Part shown: positions 57,566-64,000 of the stretch, piece after piece
Layout of the letters: the number at the start of each line of letters is the position of its first letter
Numbering within the stretch: the stretch's first letter is position 1
Origin: Myxococcota bacterium
Lineage (GTDB): Bacteria > Myxococcota_A > Polyangia > Nannocystales > Nannocystaceae
Assembly (NCBI GenBank): GCA_039028615.1
Contig: JBCCHT010000015.1
Location: 170,981-234,980 of the forward strand
DNA: 64,000 bases
Direction: 5' to 3'
Notes under the pieces: generated by a model
Seen by the model: the letters and a program-made list of their open reading frames with translations, nothing else
The model's database searches: none
What the model was told of the DNA's origin: nothing
Program-made: the position numbers and the translations under genes

Positions 57566-58890
57566 GGCATCGCCGTCGGCACGGGCCCGGGCGCTGGCAC
57601 CACGGCCATGGGCACCACCACCACCGTCGACGGCGGCTGAGCCCGCTGGCCTACTATGTGCGAAGTCGGCTGCGACGCCGCATCTTCGTGTGGTTCGGCG
57701 TGACGATCGTGCTGTCCGGGCTGGTGGCGGGCGCGATCGTGGGAGGTCCCTGGGGGGCCCGCGGGGCGTGGGACGGCGTGGTCGAGCGCGCCACGACCTT
57801 CATGGGGCACCGCTTTGCCGAGGTCTGGGACGAACCCGAGGCCCGAGACGCGCTGGCACGCTCGGCCGCCGAAGACCTCGGGCTCGGCCTGGAGCTTCGC
57901 GACGCCGCGGGCACGACCTTGGCTCGGGCGGGCGGCGAGTGCCTCGGCCGCCACGGCATGGTGGACACGCCGGTCGTGCGCGGGGGCGAGCGGGTGGGGC
58001 AGGTGCACGCCTGCGTCGCGCGTGCGCCCGATGGCAACGGCTGGTCCGTGGCCCTCGGCCTGGGGGCGGCGCTCGCCGTGCTGTGGGGCGCCTCGGGACT
58101 CATCGCCTGGCGGCTCACCCGGCCGCTGGCGCGCTTGGTGGAGGTGACGCGGGCCATCGGCGAGGGACGGCTGGACACGCGGGCCCACCTGCCGCGGGTA
58201 CCCGACGAACTCGGGTTGCTGGCGCGGGCGATCAACGACATGGCGTCGCGGATCCAGGGGCAGATGGCGGACCAACGCGAGCTGCTCGCGGTGGTGAGTC
58301 ACGAGATTCGCACGCCGCTGGGGCATATCCGCGTGCTGCTCGACCTCGCCCGCGACGGTGGTGACCGGGGCTCGCTCGACGAAATCGAGCAGGAGCTGCT
58401 CGACGTGGATCGACTGGTGGACCAGCTGCTCGCCAGCTCGCGCCTGGACTTCGAGCAGCTCGATCGTCGTCGGCTCTCCGCCGATGAGCTGGGGGCCAGA
58501 GCCCTCGCTCGGGCCGAGCTTCCTACGGAATTGTTGGTGCTCGAGACCGAGTCCGTGGCCATCGACGGGGACCCCACGCTGCTGGGGCGCGCCCTGGCCA
58601 ACCTCGTCGACAACGCGCAGACGCATGGTGAGGGGCTCGTCGCGCTGCGGATGACCGTCGAGGGCGACGAGCTGTGCATTGCCGCGGAGGATGCGGGACC
58701 CGGCCTGCCCGAGCAGACTCGTGACCGTCTGTTCGAGTCGTTCGTGCGCGGGGGGCAAGGGGGCAAGCTCGGTCTCGGGCTCGCGTTGGTGCAGCGGATC
58801 GCTCATGCCCACGGCGGCCGGGCGTTCGCCGAAGATCGCGAGCCTCGAGGCGCGCGGGTCGGAGTGTGTCTGCCGCTACATCGCGCGTAG
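57562..58890 (+). CDS. HAMP-domain sensor histidine kinase with His-rich N-terminus
   Basis: Two TMs, HAMP, SHEIRTPL (H-box), NLVDNA, DAGPG, GLGL. Confidence 0.95.
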   Translation: MRHRRRHGPGRWHHGHGHHHHRRRRLSPLAYYVRSRLRRRIFVWFGVTIVLSGLVAGAIVGGPWGARGAWDGVVERATTFMGHRFAEVWDEPEARDALARSAAEDLGLGLELRDAAGTTLARAGGECLGRHGMVDTPVVRGGERVGQVHACVARAPDGNGWSVALGLGAALAVLWGASGLIAWRLTRPLARLVEVTRAIGEGRLDTRAHLPRVPDELGLLARAINDMASRIQGQMADQRELLAVVSHEIRTPLGHIRVLLDLARDGGDRGSLDEIEQELLDVDRLVDQLLASSRLDFEQLDRRRLSADELGARALARAELPTELLVLETESVAIDGDPTLLGRALANLVDNAQTHGEGLVALRMTVEGDELCIAAEDAGPGLPEQTRDRLFESFVRGGQGGKLGLGLALVQRIAHAHGGRAFAEDREPRGARVGVCLPLHRA

Positions 58891-58935
58891 GCGGGGTCGA
58901 AACGTCGTGTATCGTGGACGACGCGGAAGGACCTG

Positions 58936-59778
58936 ATGACTACGACTACGAAGACGAGCAAGGCCTGGGGCGCCTGGTTGTTCGCGTTGAGCTTGGGCAC
59001 GGCCGCGGGGGCGTGCTTCAACCCGGCGGGGGGCCGACCGACGGACACCACCGACACGGTGGGCTGTCCGCCCGGCACGCTGGGGTGTCCCTGCGATGAA
59101 GCCGGGCTGTGCATCGCGGGCCTCGTGTGCGAGGACGGGACCTGCCTCGACGAGCCCACCGAGCCACCGACGAGCGGGGCCGCGACCGGAGATACGGGCG
59201 CGACCTCCGTCGAGCCGACCGGCGCCGACTCGACCGGGAGCGCGGCGACCGAGGGCGACACGACCATCGGCTTGGGCACCGACGGCACGACTGGTGACGG
59301 CGGCACGGGCTTCGGCTCGACCGGGCTGGGCTCGACCGGCGAGGCGTCCACGGGCGGCGAGTCCTCGTCGGGTGGCATCCCTCCCGTCGGGGTGATGGAG
59401 ACGGTCGACTTCCCGCTCGCGGGCGACCCTCGGTTCATCCTCTCGGGCACGCGGCCGTGGAACGCGGGCGACTACTACGAGGGCGTGCGGATGACCTCGG
59501 TGCCCTCGGTGAGCCAGCTCGACGTGCACCTCGAGCTGGGGGCCGAAAACGGTCTCAACGACTGTGGTTTCCAGGAGACTCAGGTCTCGCTCAACGGGGT
59601 CGCCGTGGGGACCTTCACCATCGCCCAGGGCGACGTGGCCATCGACCAGGTCTACGCGGCACCCGACGTCGCGGGCCCCGAGTACACCATCCGCTACGAG
59701 ACGACCACGACGGTGGAGAGCGGCTGTGGCTCGTCCGGCTACGGCGAGGTCGGCTCGACGGTCACGCTCCACGAGTGA
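58936..59778 (+). CDS. Lipoprotein with Cys mini-domain, Thr/Gly linker and C-terminal beta domain
   Basis: SD GAAGGA; lipobox AGAC; CPPGTLGCPC...C...LVC....C. Confidence 0.8.
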   Translation: MTTTTKTSKAWGAWLFALSLGTAAGACFNPAGGRPTDTTDTVGCPPGTLGCPCDEAGLCIAGLVCEDGTCLDEPTEPPTSGAATGDTGATSVEPTGADSTGSAATEGDTTIGLGTDGTTGDGGTGFGSTGLGSTGEASTGGESSSGGIPPVGVMETVDFPLAGDPRFILSGTRPWNAGDYYEGVRMTSVPSVSQLDVHLELGAENGLNDCGFQETQVSLNGVAVGTFTIAQGDVAIDQVYAAPDVAGPEYTIRYETTTTVESGCGSSGYGEVGSTVTLHE

Positions 59779-59794
59779 CCGCGCGCGGGCGTCC

Positions 59795-60577
59795 CTACGT
59801 GGCGGGGGCGTCCGGCCGGAAGTCGGCGAAGTCGGCGACCGAGGGAATCTGCGGGTCGACCAAGATCTCGCGCATCGAGTGATCGGTGGCCATGTGCACG
59901 ACCAGGGCTTCGGGGAAGCTCTTGCGGTAGTCGTTGACGTGGATCGGCTCGTTGTCGAAGACGGCGACCACCGTGCCCTCGCGGGGCAGGTCGGCGTGCA
60001 CCCGCGCCTTGTAGTCGTCGTCGTGCTCCTCGAGGGTGGGCTTCATCCACAGCTGCACGCGGCCGCCGTCGGGCACGGGCAGGCCGAGCCGCTCGAAGTT
60101 GTCGACCGTGCCCGCGCGCATGCCCTCGTGGCGGCCGGTCACGTAGCAGACCTTGGCGCCCGTGGCCTGCACCGACTGCACGAAGGTCACCGCCCCCGCG
60201 ACCGCCTCGTCGAGGCGACAGTACTCGGAGGTGAAGAACAGGTCGCGCCACAGCGTGCGGTAGGGCTCCACGTGGGCCTCGACCTGGTCGTTGGGCAGGC
60301 CGCTGTTGCGCATCGCGATGCGGTAGTCCCAGCCCTGCCAGTGCTCGGCTTGGTTGTTGGCGAGGGAGGGCACGCCGCTGCGCTCGCCGTACTCGCTCAT
60401 GATCTTCGCCTGGCGGGCTTTGTTGTCGAGCAGGGTCGAGTCGAGGTCGAACACCACGACCGCGGAGGTGCCCGCGGTACGGCATCGGTCGAGCACTCGG
60501 GAGAGCAGGGCGCTGGCATCGGCGCCGCGACGCAGGTCGACGGCGGCAAGGACGGGATCGGGGCTGGCTTCGCTCAT
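59795..60577 (-). CDS. HAD superfamily (acid phosphatase B-like) hydrolase
   Basis: FDLDSTL (DxD), YVTGR, K, FDNE; SD GGAG-like spacing upstream. Confidence 0.88.
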   Translation of the reverse strand: MSEASPDPVLAAVDLRRGADASALLSRVLDRCRTAGTSAVVVFDLDSTLLDNKARQAKIMSEYGERSGVPSLANNQAEHWQGWDYRIAMRNSGLPNDQVEAHVEPYRTLWRDLFFTSEYCRLDEAVAGAVTFVQSVQATGAKVCYVTGRHEGMRAGTVDNFERLGLPVPDGGRVQLWMKPTLEEHDDDYKARVHADLPREGTVVAVFDNEPIHVNDYRKSFPEALVVHMATDHSMREILVDPQIPSVADFADFRPDAPAT

Positions 60578-60617
60578 GAGTCGTGCGAGGAGGGAACGCG
60601 AAAGAGGCGTTCGTCGG

Positions 60618-62651
60618 TCAACCGGCGCTGGCCGGGCGGGGAGAGACGGCGAGCACGGCGGGGGCCTGGGTCGGCCGCGCGCTCGAGACTTCGTCGGTGA
60701 AGGGCTCGGGCTCGGGCTCGACGGGCACCGCCATCAGCTCGGGCAGGCGGTGCACGGGGGGAGCCCCGTGGGACAGCGCCTGGTCGTGAAAGGCTTGCAT
60801 GTCGAAGGTCTCGCCCGCCTCGGCCGCGGTGGCTTCGGCCTGCTCGCGGACCTTGAACCATGCCTGGGCGCCCACGAAGTAGGTGCTGAGCTGGGTCGAC
60901 GTGACCTGGGCCCGGACCCACTTGGCCTTGGCCTCGCCCTCTTGCTGGAACGAGCGGAACACCATCAGCTCGAGGCCCGCCAGCTCGTCCATGGTGCCGG
61001 CGTGCACCGAGTTGTCGAGGATCGCGTTGGTCACCGTGCGCAGGTAGAACTTCAGGCCGTGCAGCGCGATGGCCTTGGCGCGCAGCTCGGGGTCCTGCAT
61101 CACCGCCCACAGCTTCTTCTCCACGCCGGGGGGCGGAGCCTCCTCCGTCGGGGCCGCGCCGCCGTAGCCGGCGTCGATCATCATCTGCTCGGCGTACACG
61201 GCCCAGCCCTCCACGAAGGGCCCGTTGGCGAGGACCTTGCGGATCATCGAGGGGTCGCGCTTGCCGTAGTAAAGCTGCACGAAGTGCCCGGGAGTCGCCT
61301 CGTGAATCGAGAGGATCTCGAGCATGAAGTTGTTGTACTCGCGCAGGAACGAGTCGCGGTAGCTGTCCGGCCAGTCGTCGGGCACGGGCTGCACGAGGTA
61401 GAAGCTCGGCAGGCCCGGCTTGGTGGCGTCGAGCGGGCCCGGGGCGGCGAGCCCGGCAATGGCCACGCCGCGCTGGTGGGGCGGAGTCCAGATGACCTCG
61501 AGGACCTCTTCGTCGTCGAGCGTCACCAGGCTCTCGTCGCGGACGAACTGGTCGAGCCGGGTGAGGTTGGACTCGATGCGATCGCGCAGGTCGGGCGGGG
61601 TGACCCGGTTGTTGCTCAGCACCTGGAGCACCGCCCCGGTGATGGCGGTCTGCGGATCGGTACCGGACCCCCGTACGATGGCGCGTCGGCGCCCGGGGGT
61701 GAACAGCACCGCGGCCAGCTCGCTGGCGATGGTGAACATGCGCTGACGAATCTGGGCATGCTCGAAGATCGCCATGCGGCGGATCTCGTCGGCGGACAGC
61801 TCGGTCTGGAGGGTGAGCGCGAGCTTGCGCTGGAAGTTCTCCTTGCCCAGCCGCCACTGGTCGTTGGCCTCGGGCAGCAACGAGTCGACGTGGGCCCGCA
61901 AGGTGGTCACCGACTCGGACGCGGCGGCGATGGCCGGCTCCAAGCCCTCGAGGTCCGCTTCGGTAGCACCGACCAAGCGCGCGGGGAGCTCTTGCAGTAG
62001 CAACTGCACGCCATCGAGCTGACCCAGGGCCACCTGGGTATGCGGCAGGGTGGTCTCGCCGAGCGAGAGGTTGGCGATGGCCTGGTCCACCAGCGCGGGC
62101 AGGGTCTCGAGGCGCTGGCGAAGAGCCTGGGCCCGCTGCCCGACGGGGGCGTAGTCCCGCGACACCAAGCCCTCGAGGCCGTCGCCGATGATGCCCGCGT
62201 ACCACATGGGGCTGCGGGACCACGGCTGCTCGACCTCGTGCCGGAAGCGCTGCAGCTCGAGCTCGTCGCGCAGCATGTCGAAGTCGACGCTGTCGTCGAC
62301 GCTCTGCACGTGGGGCTTCAGCGCCTCGAGGGAGGCCAGGGCGGCGTCGATGCGAGCCCGGTCGGCTTCGATCCCCGACATCGAGACGTTGGGCCAGGCC
62401 GCGTCGTGCCGATGGTCGCCCATGCTCGTGCCGTAGACCGGCCACGCCGCGAACCACGCGTCGAAGATCTCCTGCCCGGTGCGCTCGACCGTGGGGGGAG
62501 GCGGGGGCGGCTCTTCGGGGGGCGGCGGAGGCGGAGGCGGGGGCTTGCACGCGGCCAGGGCCAGGATTGCCGTACACAGCGACGCGCGCAGCCATCCAGT
62601 GCGGGGGGAGCGGGAGCCCGAGGGCAGACGGGGCGTGGATGCTCGGCTCAT
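60618..62651 (-). CDS. DUF885 family lipoprotein
   Basis: Lipobox LAAC then poly-Pro; HEATPGH, EGWAVYAE, QLSTYFVG, FHD.AL..G.PP. Confidence 0.9.
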   Translation of the reverse strand: MSRASTPRLPSGSRSPRTGWLRASLCTAILALAACKPPPPPPPPPEEPPPPPPTVERTGQEIFDAWFAAWPVYGTSMGDHRHDAAWPNVSMSGIEADRARIDAALASLEALKPHVQSVDDSVDFDMLRDELELQRFRHEVEQPWSRSPMWYAGIIGDGLEGLVSRDYAPVGQRAQALRQRLETLPALVDQAIANLSLGETTLPHTQVALGQLDGVQLLLQELPARLVGATEADLEGLEPAIAAASESVTTLRAHVDSLLPEANDQWRLGKENFQRKLALTLQTELSADEIRRMAIFEHAQIRQRMFTIASELAAVLFTPGRRRAIVRGSGTDPQTAITGAVLQVLSNNRVTPPDLRDRIESNLTRLDQFVRDESLVTLDDEEVLEVIWTPPHQRGVAIAGLAAPGPLDATKPGLPSFYLVQPVPDDWPDSYRDSFLREYNNFMLEILSIHEATPGHFVQLYYGKRDPSMIRKVLANGPFVEGWAVYAEQMMIDAGYGGAAPTEEAPPPGVEKKLWAVMQDPELRAKAIALHGLKFYLRTVTNAILDNSVHAGTMDELAGLELMVFRSFQQEGEAKAKWVRAQVTSTQLSTYFVGAQAWFKVREQAEATAAEAGETFDMQAFHDQALSHGAPPVHRLPELMAVPVEPEPEPFTDEVSSARPTQAPAVLAVSPRPASAG

Positions 62652-63274
62652 GCGGTGGTCACCATCGAAGGGGGAAGATGCCCGGTGTCGTTGTAGCTGA
62701 TCAGCGCCTCGAAGCCGTTGGCGTACGTTCGAAGCTCGGTGATCGAGGCGTGGGCTATGTCCATCATGGCCCACGCCTCGTACGGAAGCTGAAGGGTGCG
62801 GGCCACGAGGTAGCGGATGAGGTTCCCATGGGCGAAGATCAGCACGTGGGAACGACGGGTCGGCGGCTTGAGGAAGCGCTCGCGCACTTTGTCGACCTGC
62901 CGATGAACGAACTCGCGGGTCTCGGAGGGCGTGGCCTCGAGCCCAGTGGGGAAGGACTGGAACTCGGGGCGCGCCGGATCGACCAGCGGCACCAGCTCGT
63001 GCAGGTATCGCTTGATGCGAATGTTCGGCAGGTCCATCTCGTGGCCGGCAATCTCGGCGCTCTGCGTGGCGCGGGGCCACGGGCTCGCGTAGATGCCTTC
63101 GAAGCGACCGCTGGCCGAGTCGACCAGGCGCGTCAGCCGTCGACCCACGCGCACCGCCTGCCGTCGCCCCAGCGGGCTCAGCCCCCACACCGTGTCGCCG
63201 AGGTCGCCCGTGCGCTCGTAGTGGCCGTGGCGCATCAAGAACACGCGGCGGCAGATGGGCGGTTGGTCGGCCAT
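62648..63274 (-). CDS. Histidine phosphatase (PGAM5/SixA-like)
   Basis: LMRHG, LSPLGRRQA, SPWPRATQSA, AHGNLIR, NDTGHL. Confidence 0.92.
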   Translation of the reverse strand: MADQPPICRRVFLMRHGHYERTGDLGDTVWGLSPLGRRQAVRVGRRLTRLVDSASGRFEGIYASPWPRATQSAEIAGHEMDLPNIRIKRYLHELVPLVDPARPEFQSFPTGLEATPSETREFVHRQVDKVRERFLKPPTRRSHVLIFAHGNLIRYLVARTLQLPYEAWAMMDIAHASITELRTYANGFEALISYNDTGHLPPSMVTTA

Positions 63275-63387
63275 GAGGTGAGGCGCATTCTCATATCACG
63301 GTGTCGGCCCCCATCCCACCGCCCGGCCCGGCGCCTGGGGCCCGGGGTGGGCCGGACGGCGGCGCCTCGCCAGGAGCCGCGCGCGGG

Positions 63388-64000
63388 GTGAATCACGAGC
63401 CACAGCGGCCTTCGCCATCGGGCGCGTTGGGCCCCGGGTTGTGGGCTCTGCTGACGCTGCTCGGCGTGTTGGCGCTGTGGGCTCACGCCACCCATCCCGA
63501 CGGGCACTTCACCCGCGGCGGGCAACCGCACGGCGACGGGCTCTACCACTTCGCGCAGGTCCGCTCCCTCGTGCTCGATCGCGATCTGCGGCTCGCCGAC
63601 GACTACGCGGCGCTCGGCAATCCCCACGGTCAACCGGTGCGGGCGCAGGGATGGGCGGGCAATCACTTCACCGTCGGTACGGCGGTGGTGTGGATCCCCA
63701 GCTTCGTCGTCGCGCAGGGCGTGGTGTCGGCAGGCGGGGCGATGGGGCTGTGGAACGACACGGGGGGCGCGCTGCGGGTGCAGCGGTGGACCATGTTCGG
63801 CAGCGTCGTCGCGGGCTGGCTCGCGCTCGTGCTCACGGCGAGGACCCTGCGGCGGTGGTTTCTGCCGCGAACCGTCGGCGTGGTGATCGTGTTGGCCGCG
63901 CTCGCGACCCCGCTGTGGTGGTACATGACGCGGCAGCCCAGCTGGTCGCATGCCGCCTCGGCGTTCGCGGTGGCGGGCCTGGTGCACGCCAGTGTGCGAG
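63388..64000 (+). CDS. Partial GT-C superfamily membrane glycosyltransferase (runs off the window)
   Basis: Open frame from GTG 63388: TM, GDGLYHFAQVRSLVLDRDL, NHFTVGTAVVWIP, ATPLWWY...PSWSHA. Confidence 0.65.
   Translation, partial: MNHEPQRPSPSGALGPGLWALLTLLGVLALWAHATHPDGHFTRGGQPHGDGLYHFAQVRSLVLDRDLRLADDYAALGNPHGQPVRAQGWAGNHFTVGTAVVWIPSFVVAQGVVSAGGAMGLWNDTGGALRVQRWTMFGSVVAGWLALVLTARTLRRWFLPRTVGVVIVLAALATPLWWYMTRQPSWSHAASAFAVAGLVHASVR

Noticed and set aside
62492..62545. G-rich tract as a DNA repeat or G-quadruplex
   Set aside because: Explained by the poly-Pro linker of the DUF885 lipoprotein on the minus strand.
1..64000. CRISPR arrays, tRNA/rRNA genes, IS elements or integrases
   Set aside because: I saw no regularly spaced repeats, cloverleaf or rRNA signatures, or DDE/tyrosine-recombinase motifs by eye. 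tRNAscan and Rfam were not run.

Overview
A 64 kb window of very high-GC, gene-dense bacterial chromosome. It is most likely a myxobacterium, probably Nannocystaceae-like; this is inferred from a MYXO-CTERM tail, an M57 peptidase, a Ser/Thr kinase-TPR fusion, and many Cys-rich or Gly/Thr/Asp-linker lipoproteins. About 50 CDSs are supported. Most are secreted or lipoprotein hydrolases (TAP-like, CocE/NonD, M57, S41, M36/M4, DacB, esterase), VWA-type lipoproteins, transporters and regulators, plus thrS. I saw no rRNA, tRNA, CRISPR array or transposase. The most notable points are: (1) an unannotated Thr-rich leader peptide (MHASTRGTTTTTDTA) with protector, antiterminator and terminator pairings upstream of thrS, i.e. 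a ribosome-mediated attenuator; (2) a surface-anchored metallopeptidase coupled to an SdpA/DUF5819-like gene and an HTTM (vitamin-K carboxylase-homologous) gene; (3) a DUF4157 (eCIS-associated) protein with a DUF3990/ART-like C-terminus followed by a YbjN-like gene; (4) a TetR gene whose only plausible start is ATC behind a perfect SD, with a 33-bp AT-rich operator; (5) a His-rich Spy/CpxP-like gene plus two-component system; (6) a coupled pair of unknown genes at 16.2-18.6 kb. All family calls are motif recognition by eye; no database searches were run.
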